A stretch of 60,448 nucleotides of DNA from an archaeon ADurb.Bin336. Its GTDB lineage: Archaea > Iainarchaeota > Iainarchaeia > Iainarchaeales > JAAZKV01. Positions 27,649 to 37,496 of the stretch are shown here, in pieces. A model generated the notes under the pieces. That model saw only the letters and a list, made by a program, of their open reading frames with translations. It had not been told where the DNA came from and did no database searches. Location of the stretch: NCBI GenBank assembly GCA_002068885.1, contig MWBC01000001.1, positions 1-60,448 of the forward strand, given 5' to 3'. Both the position numbers and the translations under genes were made by a program. Numbering within the stretch: the stretch's first letter is position 1; every line of letters begins with the position of its first letter.

Positions 27649-29094
27649 ATGGATTATGAATTAGGTAAAGAAGTTGTTCGAAACGAAGAAGGTTTTTTTT
27701 CAGCGATTAGGGAATTTGCGAACGAAATAAAAAAGAGGGATGATTTTGTAGTGGTTTTTCATCATGATGCTGATGGGAGTGCTTCAGGGGCAATTGCGAT
27801 TAAGGCGCTGGAGAGGGAGGGAAAAAAAGTTTCTTCAATTTGTTTAAAACAATTGTACAAAGAAAATATTCCTCAAATTCAAGAACTCGGAAAAACTTTT
27901 TTGTTCGTTGATTTTGGGAGTGGACAATTAGATTATTTAGTTGAAGCGTTTGGCGAAGATTTTTTTGTGCTAGACCACCACCAACCAGTTTTGGTTGATG
28001 GATTAATGCCCCTAGCAAAGTGGCACATTAACCCCTTGTTGTTTGGGATTAATGGAGGAACAGAGCTTAGTGGTTCAGGAGTAACATTCTTTTTTGCACT
28101 TGCGCTAAATGAAAAAAATTTTGATTTATCAGTTCTTGGAATAGTAGGGGCACTAGGTGATATGCAGGACTCTAATCATAATTGTTCATTAATTGGATTG
28201 AATAGAAAGATACTGGATATTGGGGTGAAACACAATTTAATTGAAGTAAAAAAAGATTTGAGGTTATATGGAAGAGTTTCCCGCCCCCTTGTTTCTTTCT
28301 TAACTTTTTCAACTAACCCCCTTCTTCCTACCCTCACTGCAAATGAGGATAATGTAAAAGCATTTCTGACTCAATTAGAAATTCCTTTAAAAGACCCTTT
28401 CACTGAAAAGTGGTTAACTTACAATGACTTGCCTTTTGAAAAACAAAGAGAACTAACATCCGCATTACTTGTTTTGCTTCTTGAAAATAATACTCCTGAA
28501 TGGAAGTTAAAAGAATTAATTGGAGAAGTATATACTTTCAAAAAAGAAGATCCCTCTTCCCCACTTTATGACGGAAAAGAATTTGCAACAATGCTAAACG
28601 CGTGCTCTAGAAACAAACACTCAGAAATAGCACTAAGTGTTTGCATGGGGGATAGAAATGAGGGGTACTCCAAAGCAATTGCTTTAATGGATGCACACAG
28701 AGAAAATTTGAGGAAAGGAATAGAATTTGTTAAACAAAAAGGAGTGGAGGAGAGAGAATCATTTTATTTTTTTGACGCAGGCAATTCCATTGACGAGTCA
28801 ATTGTTGGAGTAATAGCAGGAATGCTGTATGGTTCAATAATACAAGAAAACAAACCAATAATTGCACTAGCTCATAACGAAGATGGTTCAATAAAAGCAA
28901 GTGGAAGAGGAACGAGTGAATTAGTTAGAAGAGGATTAAATATTGGGGGAGCGCTAAAAGAAATTTCTCAAATAGTGGAAGGGGTAGAAGGAGGGGGCCA
29001 CAAAATAGCTGCTGGGATGAAAATACCTTCTGATAAATTAAATATTGTCCTAGATTTACTTGAAGAAAAATTTTGTGAACAACTAGAATTATGA
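27649..29094 (+). CDS. DHH/DHHA1 phosphoesterase, archaeal RecJ/Cdc45-like (GAN-type) nuclease
   Basis: VVFHHDADGSASGAI, FFVLDHHQP (DHH), GDMQD, GGGHKIAAGMKI (DHHA1). Confidence 0.8.
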   Translation: MDYELGKEVVRNEEGFFSAIREFANEIKKRDDFVVVFHHDADGSASGAIAIKALEREGKKVSSICLKQLYKENIPQIQELGKTFLFVDFGSGQLDYLVEAFGEDFFVLDHHQPVLVDGLMPLAKWHINPLLFGINGGTELSGSGVTFFFALALNEKNFDLSVLGIVGALGDMQDSNHNCSLIGLNRKILDIGVKHNLIEVKKDLRLYGRVSRPLVSFLTFSTNPLLPTLTANEDNVKAFLTQLEIPLKDPFTEKWLTYNDLPFEKQRELTSALLVLLLENNTPEWKLKELIGEVYTFKKEDPSSPLYDGKEFATMLNACSRNKHSEIALSVCMGDRNEGYSKAIALMDAHRENLRKGIEFVKQKGVEERESFYFFDAGNSIDESIVGVIAGMLYGSIIQENKPIIALAHNEDGSIKASGRGTSELVRRGLNIGGALKEISQIVEGVEGGGHKIAAGMKIPSDKLNIVLDLLEEKFCEQLEL

Positions 29095-29300
29095 AAATTT
29101 TTTGATTAAGTATATTTATGAACAATTATTTTCTTTTGGCCAAAAATAGTTTTTTGTTTTTGAGTAGTAGCAAAACTTTTTTTGAATAATTAGAATTTAT
29201 AAAAAAATCCTTTTTTAGTTAAATAAAAACCTTTATAACAGAATTGAATCAAGTATACTTAATTCAACTTGATTTTTTTTTTTAAAAGAGGTAGAGAATT

Positions 29301-30386
29301 ATGATTAGTGAAGAAGAAACTAAAATGAGTATAGAAGATTTTTTGAAAAGCAAAATACCCGAAGTTGAAAAAGGGATTGAAGAATACATTCCAAGAAAAG
29401 CAACTGCAGAATGGATAGAAGGTGCTTTGGGAAAAACTGTTTTTGAATTAGATTTAGAAGCTTACAACAAAGGGGTAAATGTACCTATTTGGGATTTGCT
29501 TGATAGGGGTGGAAAAAGATTTAGACCAATACTAACTTGTATCACAACTGAAGCAATTGGAGGAAAATTTGAAGATGGGATGAAAGTAGCTCCAATAATT
29601 GAACTCATACACAACGGGACTCTTCTTAGTGATGACGTTGAGGATGATTCACAAGCAAGAAGAGGAAAACCTTGTATTCACAAAATATATGGGGTGGATA
29701 CTGCAGTTAACACTGGAGCAATAATGTATTTTTGGCCGATGGCTAGAATAGTTTCTAATGATTTTAATTTGACTCAAGAACAAAGATTAGCAATTTATGA
29801 TTTGTACATTACTGAAATGATTCGTGTGTCAAGTGGTCAAGCGTGGGATATTGAGTGGCACCACGGAGGGTATACTCCTAACGAAGCACAATACTTGAAT
29901 ATGTGTTTAGGAAAAACAGGGGTGCTAACTAGATTTGCTTGTCAATTAGGTGCGATAATGGGGGGAGCAACTAAAGAACAATATGATGCTCTCGGAGAAT
30001 TTGGACAAATAATTGGAGTGGGTTTCCAAATACAAGATGATATTTTGGAATTAACTAATAGTGAATTCACTAAAGGAAAGGGGAGTATTTGTGGGGATAT
30101 TCACGAAGGGAAAAGAACTCTAATAGTAATTAGAACACTACAACAAGCTACTCAAGAGGATAAGAAAAGATTAATAGAAATACTTGACTCACACACTACA
30201 AACGAAGATGAGATTAGAGAAGCGCTAGGAATAATAAATAAGTATGATGGAATTGCTTACTCAAAGAAAAGAGCTGAAGAATTAGTGTTGAGTGCGTGGA
30301 ATAAAGTAGATAAATTACTTAAGGAATCAAACGCGAAAAAAGTTTTGAAAAAATTTACTGATTACTTAATAGATAGAAAAATTTGA
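29301..30386 (+). CDS. Geranylgeranyl diphosphate synthase (trans-polyprenyl synthetase)
   Basis: FARM LLSDDVEDDSQARRGKP and SARM GFQIQDDILE. Confidence 0.9.
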   Translation: MISEEETKMSIEDFLKSKIPEVEKGIEEYIPRKATAEWIEGALGKTVFELDLEAYNKGVNVPIWDLLDRGGKRFRPILTCITTEAIGGKFEDGMKVAPIIELIHNGTLLSDDVEDDSQARRGKPCIHKIYGVDTAVNTGAIMYFWPMARIVSNDFNLTQEQRLAIYDLYITEMIRVSSGQAWDIEWHHGGYTPNEAQYLNMCLGKTGVLTRFACQLGAIMGGATKEQYDALGEFGQIIGVGFQIQDDILELTNSEFTKGKGSICGDIHEGKRTLIVIRTLQQATQEDKKRLIEILDSHTTNEDEIREALGIINKYDGIAYSKKRAEELVLSAWNKVDKLLKESNAKKVLKKFTDYLIDRKI

Positions 30387-30455
30387 TTAAATTTAGTTAA
30401 ATTTTTCTAACTAATTTTTTTCAAAAAAATTCTTTGAGGTTACTTCTCTTAGAAT

Positions 30456-30935
30456 TTATTTTCTTTGAAGCGTAACCTTATCTATTACCCTCATGTTTAA
30501 AGGAAGTTTTTTTCCATCCATAGTTCTAAGCCAAAGTATTGATTGATTAGCATCAATAATCATTCCATTATACCTCTTCAAACCCCTACCACTACTCCTA
30601 ACAGAAACAATATCTCCAGTAGAAATTTTTTCAAATAGAGGGTGAATTCCCTTTAAACTTTTTTTACTAAAACTTCTTCTTACTTTTTGTTCAGCTTCTT
30701 TTGCTTTTTGGAGTTGATATTGTCTTAATCTACTCAATCGTTTTACAGCTTCGGGTGAAGCGGCTTTTCTTACGAGTCCTTTTACTCCTTTTTTTCTTTG
30801 CTCCATTACTCTCTTCAATTTTTCTTGAGCCATTATATTAGCCCCTACTTTGCTAGTTCCTCTAGTGTTTGAAATATTTAAACTAGCTTTATTGACTTTT
30901 CCTCTAAACATTGCTCTTTTTCTGAGTATGGACAT
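30456..30935 (-). CDS. Paralog P2 of the small basic protein family
   Basis: VMEQRKKGVKGLVRKAASPEAVKRLSRLRQYQLQKAKEAEQK, GIHPLF, C-terminal GMIIDANQSILWLRTMDGKKLPL. Confidence 0.7.
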   Translation of the reverse strand: MSILRKRAMFRGKVNKASLNISNTRGTSKVGANIMAQEKLKRVMEQRKKGVKGLVRKAASPEAVKRLSRLRQYQLQKAKEAEQKVRRSFSKKSLKGIHPLFEKISTGDIVSVRSSGRGLKRYNGMIIDANQSILWLRTMDGKKLPLNMRVIDKVTLQRK

Positions 30936-30968
30936 ATAAAATCACTTAGTAATGCTTGTTTAAAGTTG

Positions 30969-30982
30969 TTTTTATTAGTTTG
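30969..30982 (-). promoter_or_regulatory. Conserved upstream box CAAACTAATAAAAA of P2
   Basis: Identical 14-mer. The TAAGTGATTTT leader is shared with P1 and P4. Confidence 0.4.
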
Positions 30983-31034
30983 GTTTTCAAAAATCAATTT
31001 TTTAAAATTATTTTATTTGTTTTTTTTGAAAAAT

Positions 31035-31541
31035 TTATTTTCTTTGGTGTTTAATACTTTCTAACCTCTCCGTTCTTAAAGAAAGCAATTGTCCTTCAGG
31101 TGTTTTAAGATAGATGGTATCTTGAGTTGCACCAACAATTGATCCATAATAATGGTTTCCTCTTTTACTAGTAATTGCAACGGGTCTGTTTGAAAAAATT
31201 CCTGTGAGGCGTGGATGAACTTTACTCAAATTAACTTCAACAAAATTTTTTTTAGATTTTTGTTCAGCTTCTTTTGCTTTCTGACTTTGGTATTGTTTTA
31301 ATCGCTTTAACCTTTGTACGGCTTTGGGCGAAGCGGCTTTTCTTACGAGTCCTTTTACTCCTTTTTTTCTTTGCTCCATTACTTTATCTAATTTTTCCTT
31401 TGCTTTAAGTTCTCTTAAAGATCCTTTAAAATCAAGCATGGAAAGCCCATTTCCATCAATATTAAACACAGTTTTATTAGCCTTCTTAGTTTTTGAAAGA
31501 TGCTTAACTGCTCTATTAACAGGTTTTCTAAATCGTACCAT
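31035..31541 (-). CDS. Paralog P3 of the small basic protein family
   Basis: VMEQRKKGVKGLVRKAASPKAVQRLKRLKQYQSQKAKEAEQK, VHPRL, GSIVGATQDTIYLKTPEGQLLSL. Confidence 0.7.
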   Translation of the reverse strand: MVRFRKPVNRAVKHLSKTKKANKTVFNIDGNGLSMLDFKGSLRELKAKEKLDKVMEQRKKGVKGLVRKAASPKAVQRLKRLKQYQSQKAKEAEQKSKKNFVEVNLSKVHPRLTGIFSNRPVAITSKRGNHYYGSIVGATQDTIYLKTPEGQLLSLRTERLESIKHQRK

Positions 31542-31563
31542 ACTAATATGTTGTTAAAATTAG

Positions 31564-31577
31564 TTTTTATTAGTTTG
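31564..31577 (-). promoter_or_regulatory. Conserved upstream box CAAACTAATAAAAA of P3
   Basis: Identical 14-mer, 23-36 nt from the ATG, so the transcript may be near-leaderless. Confidence 0.4.
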
Positions 31578-31621
31578 GTTTTTCAAAAAAATATTTTGCT
31601 GAATTAGTTTTTAATAAAAAG

Positions 31622-32059
31622 TTATTTTTTTTGAAGCTCAACACCATTCACTTCCTTCATTTTTAAAGTAACTATTTCCCCACTTGCCTTCTTAAGCCAA
31701 AGAGTATCTGGAAAAGCATCAACAATCATTCCCTTGTATAGTTGTCCATTTGCTTTAATCAAAACCCTATCCCTTGTAGATATTCCTTTAAAAGAAGGGT
31801 GAATTTTATCTAATTTTTTTATAAAAATTCCTTTCTTTGCATTTTGCTCAACTTCCCTTGCTTTTTGAATTTGGTATTTTTTTAATTTAATCAATCTTTC
31901 AGTTGCAGGCGAAGCCATTACTCTTGTAAAACCCCTTAATCCCTTCCCTCTCTTCTTCACTGCTTCCTCTAACTTCTTTTTTGTTTCAACCCTACTAGCA
32001 CCCTTAGCTCTTGAATGAGCCAAACTAGCTTGATTAACTTTTTTTCTAAGAATTGCCAT
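31622..32059 (-). CDS. Paralog P4 of the small basic protein family
   Basis: KKRGKGLRGFTRVMASPATERLIKLKKYQIQKAREVEQ, IHPSF, GMIVDAFPDTLWLKKASGEIVTL. Confidence 0.7.
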   Translation of the reverse strand: MAILRKKVNQASLAHSRAKGASRVETKKKLEEAVKKRGKGLRGFTRVMASPATERLIKLKKYQIQKAREVEQNAKKGIFIKKLDKIHPSFKGISTRDRVLIKANGQLYKGMIVDAFPDTLWLKKASGEIVTLKMKEVNGVELQKK

Positions 32060-32092
32060 GCAAAAACACTTACTAATAATTGTTAAAAGTAG

Positions 32093-32106
32093 TTTTTATT
32101 AGTTTG
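32093..32106 (-). promoter_or_regulatory. Conserved upstream box CAAACTAATAAAAA of P4
   Basis: Identical 14-mer. Confidence 0.4.
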
Positions 32107-32114
32107 GGTTTGGA

Positions 32115-33272
32115 TTAATCCAAAGTTATTGGGTAATTAAGTGACTCCATTAATTGTAATATTTTTTCTTCTGTTCCCTCATAACAACGAGTAATTTTTA
32201 TTTCAGGGTCATCTTGTATTTTTGAGAGAATTTGTGTAGCAATTTCTTTATTAAAAATTTCACTTTTTTCAGTGTAAATAGGCAATCCATTTTCTGAATT
32301 AATTGTTACACTCATTGAAGGGGAATAGTATTCTTCTTGTTGGTGACAAGAAATCACTATTTTATCAACTTCGCTAAATTTTTGTTCACCAACTTTTTGC
32401 ATAAATACATACTTATCAAAACCATCCTCGGTTAAAAGTGCATAACTTGTTGCTTGGCCAAAAATTAGTAAAATGTACAAAACAAATCCAACCAAAGTAA
32501 GTTTTTTTATAAGTTTATTTCCTTTTTGTCCAAAACCACTGAATAACTTACTATTTTTGGAAATAAACTCCGCTTCTTTTTTTGGAATTAAAATTTTGTT
32601 AATAATCATTATTGGAAGCATGGCTGCAAGAATACCTGCAAAAATACTAATGAGTGAAAAAAAATTAATTTCAAAAATTGCGTTTGGAGGAGCAAGTGAT
32701 TGTTGTAAAATTCGAGGAAAAATAAATCCGCCAAACATAAAAATTATCATTAAAATAATATAAAGTGGTTCTGTTACCTTACTAATCCAAACACTTTTTT
32801 CAAGTTCTGGGGAATAATTGTCAATTAATTTATTCAAATCATTATCAAAAACTTTTCTTCCAATTGTTTCCCTTATATTGTGTAATGCGCCAAGAAAGTT
32901 AGGGGAAGTCATGTATTCAATGTAAAACAAAGGTTCATTGTTGTTAAAGAAAACAGCACAAGGCATAGGTTTTGTTATAGTTGCGCCTCTTCCATAAAAA
33001 TATGAGGAAAAATTACTCCTTGAATCAATACTACGCTCTACGCCAAGAAAGTTTATATTAAATCTTTCTTCAGAAAAATTTTTTGATGAATAATTCGCAA
33101 AATTTTTATCCTCTAAATGAACATAATATAATTTAACACTTGTTACCTTTTCCAAATCAAAAGATTCTTTCTTTTTTTTAAGAACATCTCTAGAAAAAGT
33201 AATTATTTTTCCAGAAAGTTCAATTCTAACTGCGTGCAAAAAAACTCCGCTTTTAAAAATCTTAACACTCAT
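32115..33272 (-). CDS. Multi-pass membrane protein, hypothetical
   Basis: About four hydrophobic helices in the middle (e.g. LYIILMIIFMFGGFIFP, FFSLISIFAGILAAMLPIMII), with soluble N- and C-terminal domains. Confidence 0.55.
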   Translation of the reverse strand: MSVKIFKSGVFLHAVRIELSGKIITFSRDVLKKKKESFDLEKVTSVKLYYVHLEDKNFANYSSKNFSEERFNINFLGVERSIDSRSNFSSYFYGRGATITKPMPCAVFFNNNEPLFYIEYMTSPNFLGALHNIRETIGRKVFDNDLNKLIDNYSPELEKSVWISKVTEPLYIILMIIFMFGGFIFPRILQQSLAPPNAIFEINFFSLISIFAGILAAMLPIMIINKILIPKKEAEFISKNSKLFSGFGQKGNKLIKKLTLVGFVLYILLIFGQATSYALLTEDGFDKYVFMQKVGEQKFSEVDKIVISCHQQEEYYSPSMSVTINSENGLPIYTEKSEIFNKEIATQILSKIQDDPEIKITRCYEGTEEKILQLMESLNYPITLD

Positions 33273-33420
33273 AACACAAAAGATATTTTTGTAATATAAA
33301 AATCTACTCTTATTGAGTTTGAAGAAAATAATAAAGGAAAATGATTAATGTTCTTTTTAAAAAATTTTTTTAAAAATCTAAACAATCAATTTAAATTAAC
33401 TAAAATTCCTTATAGTTGGT

Positions 33421-34467
33421 ATGGTTTCAGTAATTGAGAAAAGAAAAAAAGAGCATTTAGAATTGTGTGTGAAGAAAGATGTTTTGTTTCACAACAAAAC
33501 AACTTTGTTTGAGGATGTGGAGTTGAGTTATAAGGCCTTGCCCGAAATCTCAATGAGTGAAGTTGATTTGTCCACAAGTTTTTTAGGAAAAAAATTTTCT
33601 TTTCCGTTCCTAGCTTCAGCAATTACTGGTGGGGCGCAAGTATCAAAAAAAGTTAATTTAGAAATAGCTTCTGCGTGTCAAGAATTAGGAGTGGGGATGG
33701 GGTTAGGGAGTATGAGGGCCATGATACAACAACCCTCTCTAAAAGAAACTTATTATGTTAGGGGTGTTGCTCCTGATATTTTTTTAGCAGGGAATTTAGG
33801 TGCGGCCCAATTAAAGCAATTCACTCCGGAGAAAATTAATGAAGCTTTGGATTCAATTGAAGCAGATGCTCTTGCGATTCATGTTAATGCTGCTCAAGAA
33901 GCGGTGCAACCAGAAGGGGATGTGGATTTCACGGGGTTAATAACAAAAATAGCTGAGTATTCTGAGAAGATTAGTGTTCCTGTTTATGTGAAAGAAGTGG
34001 GGCATGGAATTTCTTTTGAAGTAGCAAGTGCGTTAAGGGGTACGAGTATTAAAGCGATTGATGTGCAGGGAGCGGGGGGAACTAGTTGGACTGCAGTTGA
34101 TGCGCTTCGTCACAAAGAAGGGTTTGGATTAATTTTTAGGGATTTTGGTTTGCCTACTGCAGTGTCTTTAATTGAAACAAAAACAGCGTTGAGTGGAACG
34201 GATAAGAAAGTAATTGCTAGTGGGGGAATACGAAACGGGTTAGAAGCAGTGAAAGCACTAGTGCTTGGAGCAGATTTGTGTGGAAACGCTTTGCCTTTAC
34301 TAAAAGTTCAGCAAAAAAAAGGAACAAAAGGAGTAAGAGAATATTTGTTGAATTTCAAGAAAGAAATGCAAATAACTTCCTTCTTAATTGGGTGCAAAGA
34401 TATAAACGAAATACATTCAGAAAAAGCACTACTCTTAGGGAAATTAAGAGATTGGGTAAAAGAGTGA
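33421..34467 (+). CDS. fni: Isopentenyl-diphosphate delta-isomerase, type 2 (FMN-dependent)
   Basis: RKKEHLELC, FEDVEL..ALPE, ITGG, VKEVGHGIS, IDVQGAGGTSW, ASGGIRNGLE. Confidence 0.9.
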   Translation: MVSVIEKRKKEHLELCVKKDVLFHNKTTLFEDVELSYKALPEISMSEVDLSTSFLGKKFSFPFLASAITGGAQVSKKVNLEIASACQELGVGMGLGSMRAMIQQPSLKETYYVRGVAPDIFLAGNLGAAQLKQFTPEKINEALDSIEADALAIHVNAAQEAVQPEGDVDFTGLITKIAEYSEKISVPVYVKEVGHGISFEVASALRGTSIKAIDVQGAGGTSWTAVDALRHKEGFGLIFRDFGLPTAVSLIETKTALSGTDKKVIASGGIRNGLEAVKALVLGADLCGNALPLLKVQQKKGTKGVREYLLNFKKEMQITSFLIGCKDINEIHSEKALLLGKLRDWVKE

Positions 34468-34635
34468 TTCGTTTATTAGTATTCATTAAAAATCTTACTA
34501 AAAAACCCCTTTCCTCGTCAATTGTCGTTAATTAGTTCGCTTTTTACATAAGTTTTTATATGGTTGTTCTCACAAATTAAATTTAGCTTGGTTAGAGGTA
34601 AAAGAGAAAGGGGCCAGATTGAGTTTGGTGTAAAA

Positions 34636-35982
34636 ATGAACGTTCCAACTATTCCAATTGAAGAAAGAAGAACTACTTTTAATGAAGTTGAAGAAGGGTT
34701 CACTATTGAGCAAGCAGTAGCTGAAGCTAATCGTTGTCTTCAATGCAAAGAACCCAAGTGCGTTAAGGCCTGTCCTGCGGGGGTAGATATACCTGGTTTT
34801 ATTAAAGCATTTAGGGAAGGGGATGTGGTAAAGGCAGTTACAATTATTAGAGAAAGAAATTTCTTCCCAAGTATTTGTGGAAGGATTTGCCAACACGAAA
34901 AACAATGCGAAGGGAATTGTGTTCTAAGCAAAACAAAAGAAGGGTCTGTTTGTGTGGGTGGAATTGAGAGGTTTATTGGGGATAATGCTCCTTTTCCAAA
35001 GAGAACTAATTTAGTGGGGAAAAAAGTTGCGGTGATTGGTTCGGGCCCAAGTGGACTTGCAGTAGCAGCATACTTATCCCAAATAGGAATGCACGTAACC
35101 GTGCTTGAAGGAACAAATGCTTTTGGGGGAGTAATAAAATATGGGGTGCCCGAGTTTCGTTTACCAAAAAAAATTGTTGCAAGAGAACTAGCTGGATTAA
35201 ATTCACTGGGAATAGATTTTGAACCAAATGCAAAAATAGATGAAGAGTGTTTAGAAAGTATTTCAAAAAGATTTGACGCGGTATTCATTGGAACAGGAGT
35301 AGGAAAACCAAGGATACTTAGTGTACCAGGTTCTTCACTAAAAGGAGTAATGAGTGCAATGAAATTCTTAATCAACATTAACCAATCAAATATCCCAATG
35401 ATTGAAAAAAATGAGAAAGTGCTTGTAGTGGGAGCAGGGTATGTGGGGATAGATGCTGCTAGAAGTGCAGTGAGGTTGGGGGGAGAAGTTACTTGTATTA
35501 CAATTGATAGTGAAAAAAAAGCGTTTGAGAATGTTTCGCTAAAGGATTACGAGGAAGCAAAAGAAGAAGGAGTAAAATTTATTTTTGATGCAAGAGTAAA
35601 AGAAATACTTGGAAGCGAAAAAGTAGAAGGAGCAATTTACTCAAATCACGTGGAAGGAAAAATAGAATGCACGAAAGTAATTTGTGCAATTGGCCAAGAA
35701 CACGACGAAGACACACTCAAATCCCCAATTAGAACAGGAGAAAAAGGGTGCGTTGCAGTGAACGAAAATTACCAAACAATAATAGGAAATGTTTTCGCGG
35801 CAGGGGATTGTGTACACGGCCCAAAAACAGTGATACACGCAATTGATGCTGGGAGAAAAGCATCCCAAGCAATAATAAGATACTTGGATGAGAAAATAGC
35901 TAATGAAGAAATGGGGATACACAAAATTGATGAAAAAACAAAAATGAAACAAAAAATAGATTTATCCAACAAAGACATTTAA
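34636..35982 (+). CDS. GltD/SudA/NfnB-like FAD- and NAD(P)H-dependent oxidoreductase with an Fe-S N-domain
   Basis: RCLQCKEPKCVKACPAGVDIPGFI, CGRICQHEKQCEGNCVL, KKVAVIGSGPSGLAVAAYL, VLVVGAGYVGIDAA, FAAGDCVHG. Start moved to ATG 34636, which follows GGTG. Confidence 0.8.
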   Translation: MNVPTIPIEERRTTFNEVEEGFTIEQAVAEANRCLQCKEPKCVKACPAGVDIPGFIKAFREGDVVKAVTIIRERNFFPSICGRICQHEKQCEGNCVLSKTKEGSVCVGGIERFIGDNAPFPKRTNLVGKKVAVIGSGPSGLAVAAYLSQIGMHVTVLEGTNAFGGVIKYGVPEFRLPKKIVARELAGLNSLGIDFEPNAKIDEECLESISKRFDAVFIGTGVGKPRILSVPGSSLKGVMSAMKFLININQSNIPMIEKNEKVLVVGAGYVGIDAARSAVRLGGEVTCITIDSEKKAFENVSLKDYEEAKEEGVKFIFDARVKEILGSEKVEGAIYSNHVEGKIECTKVICAIGQEHDEDTLKSPIRTGEKGCVAVNENYQTIIGNVFAAGDCVHGPKTVIHAIDAGRKASQAIIRYLDEKIANEEMGIHKIDEKTKMKQKIDLSNKDI

Positions 35983-36018
35983 AAAAAATTAAAGAAAAAA
36001 TTTTTGGGAGTTGGTTGA

Positions 36019-37299
36019 ATGAATAAAGAATCTTTCAAAGGATTTTACAACAAAACAATAAAAGAAAGACAAGAAATAGTTGCAAAAGAATTCAACCTAA
36101 CTCAAGAAGAAATTCAAACCCTGACAAAAGAAGGGCCCTTGCCTTTTAGTATAGCGAACAGAATGATAGAGAATGTAATAGGAACAATGCCACTCGCTTA
36201 TGGACTCGCAACAAATTTTGTTATAGATGGAAAAGATTATGTTATTCCCTTTGCCTTGGAAGAACCAAGTGTAGTAGCTGCTGCAAGTAACGCAGCAAAA
36301 CTCTCAAGTGGATTTACTACAAGAGCAGATGAACCAATAATGATTGGGTTAATTCAAATAGTTAAATGCGAAAACGCAACAGATTCACTAATAAAAATAT
36401 TGTCAAAGAAAAAAGAGTTGTTTGAAGAAATAGAAAAAATTGATCCAATATTAGTAAAGTTTGGAGGAGGGCCAAGGGATTTGAAAGGAGAGGTTCTAAG
36501 AACTAGTAGAGGAGAAATGATTTCACTACAATTATTGGTTGATGTGAGGGACGCTATGGGGGCAAATGCAATTAATACTATGACAGAAAAAATTGCTCCT
36601 ATTATTGAAGAAATTTCTGGAGGAGAGGTTAGGTTGAGAATTATTTCAAACCTAGCAATTCACAGAAAAGCAAGTGCAAAAACTATTTGGACAAAAGAAC
36701 AATTAGAAAAAAGCATGAATGGGGAAATGAAGGGGGAAGAAATAATTGAAAGAATTTTGGACGCTTATGAATTTGCAGTAGCAACTCCATTTAGAACATC
36801 CACTCACAATAAAGGAATAATGAACGGAGTGGATGCACTAACTATTGCAACAGGAAACGATTTTAGGGGAGTAGAAGCAGGAGCACATTCATTTGCTTCA
36901 TTTGAAAAAAATTATTCCTCCCTCACAAAATATTACAAAAACGAGGAAGGGGACTTGGTTGGAGAAATAGAAATGCCAATGGTACTAGCAACAATTGGAG
37001 GAACAATGAAATCAAACCCCATGGCTCAAATATCACTAAAAATACTTGGAGTAAAAACCTCTCAAGAATTAGCAAGAGTAGGGGCAGCAGTGGGGTTGGC
37101 ACAAAATTTTGCTGCACTAAGAGCACTAGCAACGACAGGAATCCAAGCAGGGCACATGAAGTTGCACGCAAAATCCCTAGCAGCACAAGCAGGGGCGAGG
37201 GAGGATGAAATAGATTTAGTTGCAAAAAAATTAATTGAATCAAAAACAATTAACCAACAAAATGCAGAAGAAATTATAAAAGAATTAAGAACAAAATGA
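36019..37299 (+). CDS. hmgA: HMG-CoA reductase, class II
   Basis: IENVIGT, EEPSVVAAASNAAK, DAMGANAINTM, TIGG, ATTGIQAGHMKLHA. About 425 aa with no membrane domain. Confidence 0.9.
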   Translation: MNKESFKGFYNKTIKERQEIVAKEFNLTQEEIQTLTKEGPLPFSIANRMIENVIGTMPLAYGLATNFVIDGKDYVIPFALEEPSVVAAASNAAKLSSGFTTRADEPIMIGLIQIVKCENATDSLIKILSKKKELFEEIEKIDPILVKFGGGPRDLKGEVLRTSRGEMISLQLLVDVRDAMGANAINTMTEKIAPIIEEISGGEVRLRIISNLAIHRKASAKTIWTKEQLEKSMNGEMKGEEIIERILDAYEFAVATPFRTSTHNKGIMNGVDALTIATGNDFRGVEAGAHSFASFEKNYSSLTKYYKNEEGDLVGEIEMPMVLATIGGTMKSNPMAQISLKILGVKTSQELARVGAAVGLAQNFAALRALATTGIQAGHMKLHAKSLAAQAGAREDEIDLVAKKLIESKTINQQNAEEIIKELRTK

Positions 37300-37496
37300 A
37301 GTTTGTGATTTGTGAATAAAAAAAAGTTTTTTTGTAAACAGAATTTTTTTTTAGTTACATATGTTTTTAAAGTTCAATAATAGTTAAGATTGGTATTTGT
37401 GTTGTTTGAAAAAAACCTTTTTGTTTTTTGATTTTTGGGTTAAGCAGTTGGGTTTTTATTAAACAAAAAGCAATATTGGTTAGAAGGTTGTTAGGT

